The notes: generated by a model from the sequence alone, not told the origin. 21,624 nucleotides of DNA from Octopus sinensis (GCF_006345805.1 NW_021823640.1:1-21624); one strand, 5' to 3'; counted from the stretch's first letter, positions 1 to 10,152 are shown. A program made the numbers and translations.

Positions 1-370
1 AACTAGTTCAATGATTAAAACAAATATACGAATAAACGAATAAAAGATAATATGTATAAGGAGAAAGGCCGAGGCATAGCAATTCGTACAGGGCGGTGCA
101 GCTCGTTTACGCAACACGGTAAAAGCAGAGAGTGACAGTTGGATAGACAAAGCGTAATTGGAAGTGAAACAGGTTTAGCAATCTCCAAGGATGTAGAGGC
201 CATTTGGTAGTGATAAAAAAAGACAGCAGAGAGACAGCAAGGTTTTAGAGCAGAAGCTGTAATGTATGAAACTTCGCCAGTTACCATATACAAAGATATC
301 TCAACGCAATATATTGTATGTTTGATTCAGGTAATGAACCACGAAGACGGAGACCGTTTTCGTTTTACAG

Positions 371-505
371 ACACGTTACAAAGTGTTACAAACGTTTACA
401 GGAAACAAATTGAATGCCTGGGACATCAGAGATGACCAGCATGCTGTCATCTTCAGAGCATCTTCTACATTCCGGTGGGATTATTTTAATGAATACGAGC
501 GCTAA
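371..505 (+). CDS. Candidate terminal coding exon, unidentified (TRYKVLQTFTGNKLNAWDIRDDQHAVIFRASSTFRWDYFNEYER*)
   Basis: Acceptor-like GTTTTCGTTTTACAG ends at 370, followed by 44 open non-repetitive codons. No homolog recognised. Confidence 0.2.
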   Translation, partial: TRYKVLQTFTGNKLNAWDIRDDQHAVIFRASSTFRWDYFNEYER

Positions 506-650
506 ACCAAAGTATGGAAGCAAATACATGCATAAAATGTACGCATGCAGGTAGACATATATTTTCATGTACGTGTGTGTGTATGTTTCTGTGAGTGCGT
601 AGGTCTGACTGTGTACATGTACGGATGTATTTGTATAAATGCATAAATGC

Positions 651-722
651 ACATATAAATACACACACACACACACACACAAACATATATATATATATAT
701 GTACATACATATATATATATAC

Positions 723-757
<35 letters not shown>

Positions 758-800
758 AATAAATATATATATATAAATACATACATATATATACATAAGG
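651..800. repeat. Compound (CA)n/(TA)n/(TACA)n microsatellite
   Basis: Direct inspection. Confidence 0.95.
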
Positions 801-919
801 TACCTCATGTATAGAATGTACAAGAGTGTATAGTTTAGTAAAAACGTTTCTATGGGATGTAATCTCAGAATACACATATGGCGCATGTAGCGTGTGTGGA
901 ATGGTAAAAATTACATTCA

Positions 920-943
920 TACAGACACAAACACGCACAAACA

Positions 944-982
<39 letters not shown>

Positions 983-990
983 GCACACAC
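920..990. repeat. (CA)n microsatellite
   Basis: Direct inspection. Confidence 0.95.
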
Positions 991-1202
991 GCAGAACACG
1001 TACAGTCAAAACGCAAAGGAAGTCTGTTAGATTATAAGGAGCGGTGAACGACATAAAATGGTAGCTATGGCGGAAAGTTTTGCTAGATTACACCTGTCAC
1101 GTATTAAAGACGAAGTTTCTTACGAAACTGACAGACGAGTCAATAATCAGCTAAACTACACAGTGTCTGTCACTATAAAAACCACAGGATGTACGAATCT
1201 GT

Positions 1203-1257
1203 CATGTATAGGAGACTGCAGTATAGAGAATATTTATACCTGAGACTCCTATACGTG
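1203..1257 (+). ncRNA. Pre-miRNA-like hairpin (candidate only; strand not determined)
   Basis: CATGTATAGGAGACTGCAGTATA pairs with TATACCTGAGACTCCTATACGTG around a 9-nt loop. A lower stem GTACG/CGTAC lies at ~1191-1270. Confidence 0.25.
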
Positions 1258-1374
1258 TATTTGTGCGTACGTATCTGTGGTAGTACGTGCGTGTGTGTGT
1301 CAGTGTGTGTGTGTGTATGCAAGTATGTGCTTATGTTATCGGATATACGTAGATGGATGCAAGAAAAATGCGCC

Positions 1375-1517
1375 ATGTGTATGTATGTATGTATGTATGT
1401 ATGTATGCATGCATACATGTATGTATGTATGTATGTATGTATGTATGTATATAATTATCTATCTATATATATATCTATTTATCTATCTGTCTGTCTATCT
1501 ACCTATCTATCTCTCTC

Positions 1518-1552
<35 letters not shown>

Positions 1553-1901
1553 ATCATTTGGGCCTATGTATGATCGCATGCATACATTCAAACATGCATG
1601 TATCTATGTATGAATGTATGTATGTATGTGTGTGTGTTGTGTGTGTATACATGTACAGACATATTTATATGTTTTTGTATGCATATATATGTGTATGTAT
1701 ATGTGTCAGTGTGTATATGTATATATATATATATATATATATAAATACGCACATATAGATATATAGATAGATAGATAGATAGATTGCTACACAGATAGTT
1801 AGATGGAATGATAGATAATTAAATAGATACATAGATAGATATATAGACAGATAGATAGGGAAATAGAGAGATAGATAGATGTATAGATAGATAGATAGAT
1901 G

Positions 1902-1946
<45 letters not shown>

Positions 1947-1990
1947 ACAGAGAGAGAGAGAGAAATAGGTAACCTGATAGAGAGATAATG
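1375..1990. repeat. Compound (TATG)n, (TCTA)n, (TA)n, (TG)n, (GATA)n microsatellite block
   Basis: Direct inspection. Confidence 0.95.
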
Positions 1991-2350
1991 ATAGCTAGTC
2001 CTCCTAACAAACTGAATGTCAATCAGATAGTGATTTAATAATGAGCATTTTCATATTAAGAGGATTTCCTACTAAATCCCGTTCCAGAGATCCTCCCTAA
2101 ATACAAGATATATAGCGATTTGCCAAAATACACAAGCTTTCCTCTTTTTCGAATTCAGCAGATTAGAGCATTGCGCTTTTCTCAGATACTTGGAATATGT
2201 TTTGGCAAACACCCCGTTCCTCTCACAGTTGAATCATACGAACTCTTATTTAAGAGATAATACTGGATCTGTCATACACTCATAAACGCACAGTGATAGA
2301 TATAGAAAAATACACATACACACACACACACACATAACACCACTGTATTG

Positions 2351-2650
2351 TGGAGGCACATGGCCTAGTGGTTTGAGTAGCGGACTCGCGGTCGAGGGAT
2401 CGCAAGTTCGAATCTCAGACCGGGCGATGTTTTTGTTTATGAGCGAAACACCTAACATCCATGCGGCTCCGACAGAAGGAAATGGCAAACTTCTGCTGAC
2501 TCTTTCGCTACAAGTTTCTCTCACTCTTTCCCCCTGCATCTTGCAGCTCACCTGCGACGGACCGGCGTTCCAACCAGGTGGGGAACCTATACGCCAAGGA
2601 AACCGGCCCTTATGAGGCAGGCCTGGCTCGAGAAGGAACAACAGAAGAGA
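2351..2650 (+). mobile_element. tRNA-derived SINE, family A, full length with target-site duplication
   Basis: A-box TGGCCTAGTGG and B-box GTTCGAATC. Homologous to copies at 12522, 13570 and 20212. 15-bp TSD with 1 mismatch: AACACCACTGTATTG (2336-2350) and AACACTACTGTATTG (2651-2665). Confidence 0.9.
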
Positions 2651-2800
2651 AACACTACTGTATTGATATCAATGTGTGTGTGTGTGTGTGTATGTGTGTA
2701 TAGAGAGAGAGAGGGAGAGAGTTTGATATACATTAAGATAAATATATGGATTTGTATGCATATTATGTATACACACACACATATATATATTTAGATAGAC

Positions 2801-2880
2801 ATTTCTTTATTGCTCACAAGGGGCTAAACACAGGGGGCAGACAAGGACATCGAACCCAGTGCGTCGACCCCAGTGCGTCA
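2801..2880 (-). mobile_element. 3' fragment of SINE family C
   Basis: Reverse complement shares CTG..GGTTCGATGT...CCCC...GCCCTTGTG with 12418-12480. Carries an internal 14-bp tandem duplication TCGA(A/C)CCCAGTGCG at 2850-2877. Confidence 0.6.
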
Positions 2881-3079
2881 GTCACACCTCGAAAGATAAA
2901 ATTACATACAATAATTTCTCCTCATTTTTACTTACCACAAGTCAGCCCTGATATAGCAGTCACACGGCAAAAAGATTTCCAGCCATGCCCACCTTACTAG
3001 CATTCAGTTAATTTTTGATCTAGATGAACAATCGCTTCATTATATCTCTAAGACGTTGGAGGTTGTATACTGACGAATA

Positions 3080-3310
3080 CAAACAGAACCTAACACACAC
3101 ACACACACGCACACACACACACTTATATATGCATATTAAATACACATAGTATACAATATGCATGCATCCATAGACACATACGCATATTATATATATATAT
3201 ATATATATATGTATATACGCATGCTTACAAAGGGAAATGTATACACGTAATACTACACACATGCTTATATATACATTTACAAACGTAGGTATACACACAC
3301 ACACATATAT
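3080..3310. repeat. (CA)n/(TA)n microsatellite-rich tract
   Basis: Direct inspection. Confidence 0.85.
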
Positions 3311-3315
3311 AATCT

Positions 3316-3637
3316 TTAAATCCTTAAAAATGTTTTAGCCCGAAGGCCGCGGCCATGCTGGGGCACCACCGCTGAATGAGCTACACTAGTTTGTGAATCC
3401 ACCTCTGATACGTGGCACTTGATCAACAAGGGAGTTCGATGCTGCTGCCCGCATCCGTGTCTCCCGTCGTGAGGTAGGTTCATCCGGGACTCCCAACAAG
3501 AAGAGATCCAGTTTAGTTTTAAAGAAACCCACATCCACACCATGTAAGTCTCTCAGGCATTTAGGGAGGATGTTAAAGAGCTGTGGTCCTCTGAAACCCA
3601 AGCTGTTGCAGTATCTGGACCTGTATTTTGATGGTGA
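3316..3637 (-). mobile_element. 5'-truncated non-LTR retrotransposon 3' end (CR1/L2-like group ORF2 C-terminus plus 3' UTR)
   Basis: Open frame 3637-3386: SPSKYRSRYCNSLGFRGPQLFNILPKCLRDLHGVDVGFFKTKLDLFLLGVPDEPTSRRETRMRAAASNSLVDQV. The 'LFNxLP...FKxxLDxFL' motif is typical of CR1/L2-like ORF2 ends. Paralog at 17810-18170. Exact clade not resolved. Confidence 0.85.
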
Positions 3638-3639
3638 TA

Positions 3640-3895
3640 TATATATATATTATATATAATATACATATATAAGCTTATATACGCTCATACATACGCAGAA
3701 ATGTATCATTTGGTATATATATACTGTGTTGTGTCTAAAGAATCTTGCAAACTAGATTAAAAAACCAAGTTAGCGAATATCTTTAATAATATATATCTTT
3801 TGTGTACATACATACATAATATATATGTATACATATATATAATATATATATATGTATAATATACATATATACACATATATGTATAATATACCTAT

Positions 3896-3945
<50 letters not shown>

Positions 3946-4120
3946 CATACATACACACCCACACACACATATATTTATATATATATATATAGTTATGTAT
4001 GTATATGTGTATATTTATATATATGTATGTATATATTTATATATATATATAGATAGATATATAGACATTTATATTCTTACATACACCCCATCTCCACATA
4101 TATATATATGTATGCGTACA
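3640..4120. repeat. Degenerate (TA)n/(TACA)n tract
   Basis: Direct inspection. Confidence 0.9.
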
Positions 4121-4489
4121 TATATAATCGTTAAAGGCAAGTTTAGCTGAAACAAAAGTAATTCATTTATTTCATTTATCCATTTCTAACTAACTGGCTT
4201 CATTATTCAGTAATTCTTGCACCATCAAAGATTTCTTTACAAACATCAATGATACTGAAGATAAATAGCGGCAGCCTTGCAAACAGATCGTCTGACGTCT
4301 TCAGTTTATACAGACAGAGTAGAATTTCCTGGAGTAAAGCCGTATATTAACAGTTGCCCGTATCAAAACCTCAGGAGCAGATGCTATCTTTTCAAAGATA
4401 CATCTTTGCAAACTTCACCAATACTTTTAAATCATTCTTCACTTTATATATGCAGGCATCTATGCATTTATACATGTATGTAAGTATTA

Positions 4490-4628
4490 TGTATGTATGT
4501 ATGTATGTATGTATGTATGTATGTATGTATGTATGTATGTATGTATGTATAAGTATCAATACCTGGTTTACTTGAGTCCTGAACTCTTATATGTATGTGG
4601 GAAGGGCCTGTAAACTAATCAGTCAGTC

Positions 4629-4664
<36 letters not shown>

Positions 4665-4790
4665 TGTATCTATCTATCTATCTATCTGTCTGTCTGTCTG
4701 TCTATCTGTCTGTGTATCTATCCATCCATCTATTCTATCAATCTATCTTTTTCTCACTTTGTCTCTCTTTCTCTTTCATCCTCTCTCTGC
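4490..4790. repeat. (TATG)n and (TCTG)n/(TCTA)n microsatellites
   Basis: Direct inspection. Confidence 0.9.
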
Positions 4791-5032
4791 CTCACTCTAT
4801 GGTTATACACAAGATTGCTCTTAAAAACCTACGCTCATGGATCTGCGCAGGATTGCACCTAAGGATTCATGCTTTGATTGCTATTACTTCGGAAGGTTGA
4901 ACTATGAACTTTTATGCATCTTTTTTCTTTTCTATAGCCTTCACCTTATTCTTTTACTACCTTCCACTGTGTTGCCATCTTATTTATATACACCATTTTC
5001 ATTTTCCACATTTTCCCCCCAATTTGTCTCTG

Positions 5033-5170
5033 ATGTCTATATATATATACAGAACACCATGATGGACCGTTAGCCCCTACACACATTTTTTTCTCTCCTT
5101 GTTTCTTTCTGTGTTTCTTTTCTGTGTATCTTTCTGTCGAAGAGCGTAGGCTCGAAACGTAAAAGACTTG
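5033..5170 (+). mobile_element. Partial copy 1 of Penelope-like (pLTR-type) non-coding repeat
   Basis: Near-identical direct repeat of 5312-5453 and inverted match to 5710-5846. Contains the hammerhead-like motif. Confidence 0.65.
5129..5166 (+). ncRNA. Minimal type I hammerhead ribozyme-like motif, copy 1 (A6U core variant)
   Basis: TCTTT-CTGTCGA-A-GAGC-GTAG-GCTC-GAA-ACGT-A-AAAGA gives stem I (TCTTT/AAAGA), core, stem II with tetraloop, GAAA, palindromic ACGT helix III and a GUA cleavage triplet (cut predicted after 5161). Confidence 0.6.
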
Positions 5171-5311
5171 GCTTTAAATTCAAGCCTCATGTGTTGCGCT
5201 GCGTTCGATTTTATCTTGGACCAATTTCTGTATGTATGTATGTATGTATGTATGTATGTATGTATGTATGTATGTATGTATGTATCTGTGTGTGTATCTA
5301 TCTATCTATCA

Positions 5312-5485
5312 ATGTCTATATACATATATATACAGAACAACATGATGGACCGTTAGCCCCTACACACATTTTTTTCTCTCCTTGTTTCTTTCTGTGTTTC
5401 TTTTCTGTGTATCTTTCTGTCGAAGAGCGTAGGCTCGAAACGTAAAAGACTTGTTTTATTTCTATTCCTGAGCGCCATACTAATA
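5312..5485 (+). mobile_element. Partial copy 2 of Penelope-like repeat
   Basis: Direct repeat of copy 1, extending to CTGAGCGCCATACTAATA and ending in a local foldback CGCCATA-CTAA-TATGGCG (5473-5490). Confidence 0.65.
5412..5449 (+). ncRNA. Minimal type I hammerhead ribozyme-like motif, copy 2
   Basis: Identical to 5129-5166 and offset by 283 nt. Cut predicted after 5444. Confidence 0.6.
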
Positions 5486-5582
5486 TGGCGTATAACCAGA
5501 AAAGGCTGTAAGATTTTGAATTTCTTCCTATAATAAATAATATTGCATATGCCTTGGCTTAATGTTTGACGTCCTGCTTAAC

Positions 5583-5614
<32 letters not shown>

Positions 5615-5616
<2 letters not shown>

Positions 5617-5830
5617 CGGGAAGGTTTACGAAAATAAACAAAAGACGAAGGCAGGTGGAGTACAAACAAACAATTGTATTAGTATGGCGCTCAGGAATAG
5701 AAATAAAACAAGTCTTTTACGTTTCGAGCCTACGCTTTTCGACAGAAAGATACACAGAAAAGAAACACAGAAAGAAACAAGGAGAGAAAAAAATGTGTGT
5801 AGGGGCTAACGGTCCATCATGGTGTTCTGT
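5615..5830 (-). mobile_element. Most complete copy of the Penelope-like repeat, embedded between (TA)n tracts
   Basis: Minus strand runs ...GATGGACCGTTAGC...hammerhead-like motif...pyrimidine-rich tail...AAACCTTCCCGTT then (AT)n. Diverged relative at 13885-14063. Confidence 0.65.
5713..5750 (-). ncRNA. Hammerhead-like motif copy 3, probably inactivated
   Basis: Same as copies 1 and 2 except G10.1>A (plus-strand position 5737), which breaks the G10.1-C11.1 pair closing stem II. Confidence 0.45.
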
Positions 5831-6099
5831 ATATATATATAGACATTGATAGATAGATAGATACACACATAGATACATATATACATACATACATACATAC
5901 ATACATACATACATACATACATACATACATACATACATACATAAGTTGGTCCAAGATAAAATCGAACGCAGCGCAACACATGAGGCTTGAATTTAAAGCC
6001 ATGCTCATAATTGGAGTAATTAGGAAACTGATTTAAGAAAGCAGAATGTTCACTCACGCTTCTTAGCAAGGCAATCCAATAGGAAAGTCTCTGCCTGCC

Positions 6100-6383
6100 T
6101 GTCTGCCCCTCTATGCGTTTGTCTGTCTGTCCGTCTCTCTGTCTCTCTGTCTCTTTCTTTCTCTCTCTCTCTCCATATATATATATATGTGTATATATGT
6201 ACATATATATGTATATACATTCATGTGGATGAATATATATACGGAACATTCCTGATGAATCTCTAAAACGCTATATAAATAATTCTCTGGAATTCTGACA
6301 ACCTCCTTTTTCCAAATATATAAGATCTACACTCTTGAAGCAGAATATATTTATTTACACATACATACACACACGTATACACT

Positions 6384-6416
<33 letters not shown>

Positions 6417-6803
6417 GCGTTTGTGTATGTGTGCGTGTGTATATATATATACATATATATACAGAGAGAGCTAGAGAGGAAAAGAGCAGCAGAGACAGAG
6501 ACAGAGGGAGGGAAGTAGAAAGGGACGTAGAAGCACGTACACACAAGTATTTATATGCATATATACATATTTATATAATGTATATATATATTATATATAT
6601 ATATATATATACTTATTATAGCAAACCTTCCCGTTTATATAATATATATAATATATATATATATATATAGCAAACCTTCCCGTTATATATATAATATATA
6701 TATATATATTATATATAAAATAGAGAGATAGAGAGAGAGGAGAGAGACAGATAGACAGACAGACAGACAGATAGACAGACAGACAGACACAGGACAGACA
6801 GAC

Positions 6804-6854
<51 letters not shown>

Positions 6855-7187
6855 GAAATATCTATGTACACATATATGTTTAGATATCTATTTATCATAT
6901 CGTTATTTAGAGATGAAAAATATAACTTTTTTTTTCCCGATGAGGCATAATGTGTCTTCGATTTTTATGATGCCCTTCCGCATTAATTAGCTTTAATTAA
7001 TGTCTGGCAAGAAATGGATACCAAAATTGAATACAATGCCTTCTAATTAAATGTTTTCTACTATGTAACATATATAATTCTCATATGAAAAATATGCGTA
7101 ACTACATATACATACATACATACATATAAAGATATATATATATATATATATATTATAAATATCTATATTATTTATATAATATATATA

Positions 7188-7244
<57 letters not shown>

Positions 7245-7304
7245 ATATATTATATATATATATATATTATAAATATATATATATATTATATATATATATT
7301 ATAT

Positions 7305-7346
<42 letters not shown>

Positions 7347-7600
7347 ATATATATATAAATATATAATTTATATATATGTGTGTGGTTTTGTATGTAGATA
7401 GATAGATAAATAGATAAATAGCGATTCGAATACTTATGCGTGAAGATGCTTCTATGCCGACGTATATATATATATGTGTGCGTATGTTTCTGTATGTGTG
7501 TGTTTATGTATGTATATATATATTTGCGTATGTACATGTATATACATACAGACACACACACACATGCACACACACACATATATATATATATATCTTTACA
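6100..7600. repeat. Extended compound microsatellite block: (TCTG), (CA), (TA), (GACA), (GATA), long degenerate (TA)n at ~7130-7380
   Basis: Direct inspection; short unique interruptions (e.g. 6900-7090). Confidence 0.85.
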
Positions 7601-7789
7601 GATATTTAGAGTATTTAGGAAATTACTTGATACTGTTACCATATTTAGAGAATGATTTCTTTGCAAAAGTTAAGATTTAGAAAAAACTTTTAGAGAGTAG
7701 AATGGTAGAAACACTTAGGAAGGAATTTCACTCATTGTGTGCGGGCTTTAATAAGTGTGCAAGCGCTTTCATTCTGGCCACCCTCAAGG

Positions 7790-7975
7790 AAAAGGTAAGC
7801 TAAGAGCACTAGATTTCTTGGAAGAAAGCAGAGAGTGTATACGAAAACAAGGACAGAAAACAAAACGGAGAAATTGTACACAAATACAAATACAAACATC
7901 AGGACATTAACAACGGGTGTCTTTCGACTAAGGACGAATTAAATTTAGCTGGCGTGACAGTGATGTCCAGAATAT
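7790..7975 (-). mobile_element. Possible terminal fragment of another Penelope-like repeat
   Basis: Purine-rich TACGAAAACAAGGACAGAAAAC tract resembles TACGAAAATAAACAAAAGAC of 5615-5660. Only weak in-window support and no hammerhead found. Confidence 0.2.
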
Positions 7976-8139
7976 GTTGTATACATTATGTTTTAGGGAA
8001 TATACATTCATTCCCTTTGTTCTCTTAGATTTTCTAATTCTATTCCTTTTTCGTCCTTTTATAATGTCGTATTTGTTTTAATTGCGATTTTCAAAGTTAC
8101 CCTGATAAGCGCCAATTTTTGTCTTTGTCTTTTTTGTGA

Positions 8140-8446
8140 GGCTCTCGTTTGTCGAACCGCCAAATTACGGGGACATAAACACAACAACAACGGTTCTAAC
8201 ATAAACGCACACACATACACATACACGCACACGCGCATGCACATATATATATACATAAATATATATATGTGTGTGTCTGTGTGTGTGTGTGTACGATGGT
8301 CTCCTTCCAGTTTCCATCTACCAAATCCACTCATAAGGTTTGATCGGCTTGAGACTATAGTAGAAGACACTTGGACGAAATGTCCTGCAGTGGGATTGAA
8401 ACCGGAGCCATGTTGTCAAGAAGCGAACTTATCACACATCGACGCC
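8140..8446 (-). mobile_element. SINE family B, 3'-truncated, diverged copy with internal (TA)/(TG) microsatellite
   Basis: Matches 12030-12341 (CTACCAAATCCACTCA, GACACTTG, CAGTGGGA.TGAA, CGAACCGC.AA.TTACGGGGAC). Confidence 0.85.
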
Positions 8447-8886
8447 GCGCGTTCTTGTAATATATTAATAGACCAACGCCAATTAAATTTTTGAGATAGC
8501 ACAGTAGACTCTTGGAAGTGGATAAAAAAATGTTTGCAATATAGATCTTCCTAAACAAATTAACGTGACAGTCATGGATGGAACGACTTTCATGAGAAGT
8601 CCCCTTTATCAGAGCTCCCGTATGCTTAACCACTGTCACTAACAACAAGGCCCTCTTAGAACCTAACATTTCTCGTCTGTGTCTCTGTTTGGTGAGCGAA
8701 ATTTTTTGGGTGTTAAGTGACGTAATTTTCCTCTTAGACTTTATCGTAGATCATCCATTAGCTTACAATGCATATCTCTGTTTGTTGGCTGACCTTTAGA
8801 GTGTTGGTCAAATTACTTAGCGGTAGTAGAAAGGAAAGAGAACGATAAGTGCATATGAATATGTGTGCGCTTATGTATGTACGTAT

Positions 8887-8926
<40 letters not shown>

Positions 8927-8951
8927 GACACACACGTACATATATCCGTCT

Positions 8952-9262
8952 GTATGTTTTTATCATACCTAATGCGCCTATTATGAGAGGAATTGTTTCT
9001 GTTTTTAAGCTCCCCATTAGATTTACCCAGATTTCCAGATCTTTGTATTTTGCAAGTTTCTCCGTTTCTATTAGAGAATCATTGTCATCTGTTTGTATTG
9101 GTACATCAATTAGGAAGAATTGTTCTTCTTGGTGATCTCTGACAACTATATCCGGCTTATTAGCCTTGATTTCTCTGTGTGTATTGACAAATCCCAGCCT
9201 ATGGTTACTTTCTCATCTTTTCCGTGACCTTTTCTGGGATGTATCTATACCATATCTTTTCT
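8952..9262 (-). mobile_element. Degenerate R4/Dong-like retrotransposon fragment 1 (restriction-like endonuclease domain), older subfamily
   Basis: With frameshifts translates to WYRYIPEKVT..WD..EIKANKPDIVVRDHQEEQFFLIDVPIQTDDNDSLIETEKLAKYKDLEIWVNLMGSLKTETIPLIIGALGMIK. Confidence 0.85.
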
Positions 9263-9276
9263 TTTGTTATTTCATA

Positions 9277-9277
<1 letters not shown>

Positions 9278-9348
<71 letters not shown>
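9278..9348. repeat. (ATT)n/(TAA)n microsatellite
   Basis: Direct inspection. Confidence 0.97.
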
Positions 9349-9351
<3 letters not shown>

Positions 9352-9837
9352 TAGTTTTATTTTTATAGCGTGCTTTCACTTCAATACCGAGCACAGCTCT
9401 GTGTGCCTTGGGTATGTGCTGTGATTTGTTGTGATGCTCTGATGGTTATTGTATGGAAAGTGTTCTGCGTAGGATGTGTGCAGTGCCTAGTATTGCAATT
9501 TTCTGTATTTAATGTGTTTGTAAGTCCTGGTGTTTTTTGTTATGTATTTGTCTGAATATATTTTTATCATGCCTAATGCACCTACTATGATAGGAATTGT
9601 TTCTGTTTTCAGATTCCACATTCTAGTTACCTCCTATTTCCAGGTCTTTGTATTTTGAGAGTTTTCTCCATTTCTTTTAGAGACACGTTGTCATCAGCCG
9701 GTATCGATACATCAATTAGAAAGCATTTTTTTTCTTCATGATCTCTGACAACTATATCTGGTCTGTTGGCCTTAATTTCTCTATCTGTGTGTATCGGCAT
9801 ATCCCAGAGTATGGTTGCTTTCTCGTTTTCTGTGACC

Positions 9838-9839
<2 letters not shown>
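9349..9839 (-). mobile_element. R4/Dong-like retrotransposon 3' end, fragment 2 (RLE domain pseudogene 9839-9446 plus 3' UTR)
   Basis: KVTENEKATILWDMPIHTDREIKANRPDIVVRDHEEKKCFLIDVSIPADDNVSLKEMEK/LSKYKDLEI/EVTRMWNLKTETIPIIVGALGMIK...QKIAILGTAHILRRTLSIQ*. Shows the RPD..D..K..KYxDL motifs of the PD-(D/E)xK endonuclease, with several 1-nt frameshifts. Confidence 0.92.

Positions 9840-9872
<33 letters not shown>
9839..9872. repeat. (ATT)n microsatellite
   Basis: Direct inspection. Confidence 0.97.
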
Positions 9873-9873
<1 letters not shown>

Positions 9874-10139
9874 TGTAGTTTTATTTTTATAGCATGCTTT
9901 CACTTCACTACCGAGCGCAGCTCTGTGTGCCTTGGGTATGTGCTGTGATTTGTTGTGATGCTCTGGTGGTTATTGTATGTAAAGTGTTCTGCGTAGGATG
10001 TGTGCAGTGCCTAGTAGTGCAATTTTCTGTATGTTATATGTGTTTGTAAGTCCTGGTGTTTTTGTTATATATTTGTCTGAATATTTTCTTATCATGCCTA
10101 ATGCACCTACTATGATAGGAATTGTTTCTGTTTTTAGAT
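9873..10139 (-). mobile_element. R4/Dong-like retrotransposon 3' end, fragment 3
   Basis: Intact frame LKTETIPIIVGALGMIRKYSDKYITKTPGLTNTYNIQKIALLGTAHILRRTLYIQ* (stop 9970-9972). 3' UTR nearly identical to fragment 2. Confidence 0.92.
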
Positions 10140-10152
10140 ATTATTATTATTG

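Larger units (their letters stand above)
5169..6001. repeat. Long inverted repeat: arms 5169-5485 and 5677-6001, spacer ~190 bp
   Basis: Arms are reverse complements apart from microsatellite length and a few substitutions. Confidence 0.92.

Noticed and set aside
2351-2425. tRNA-like sequences at SINE heads (also 12840-12911, 20212-20285)
   Set aside because: A and B boxes are present but there is no intact cloverleaf or acceptor stem, and they continue into SINE bodies; not tRNA genes.
2246-2641. 131-aa and 80-aa ORFs over 2246-2641; similar ORFs at 12575-12827, 11838-12077 and 20263-20487
   Set aside because: They lie within tRNA-derived SINEs and are incidental frames.
6251-6272. CTGATGAATCTCTAAAACG hammerhead-like start
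   Set aside because: No stem II, no G12 and no closing stem I.
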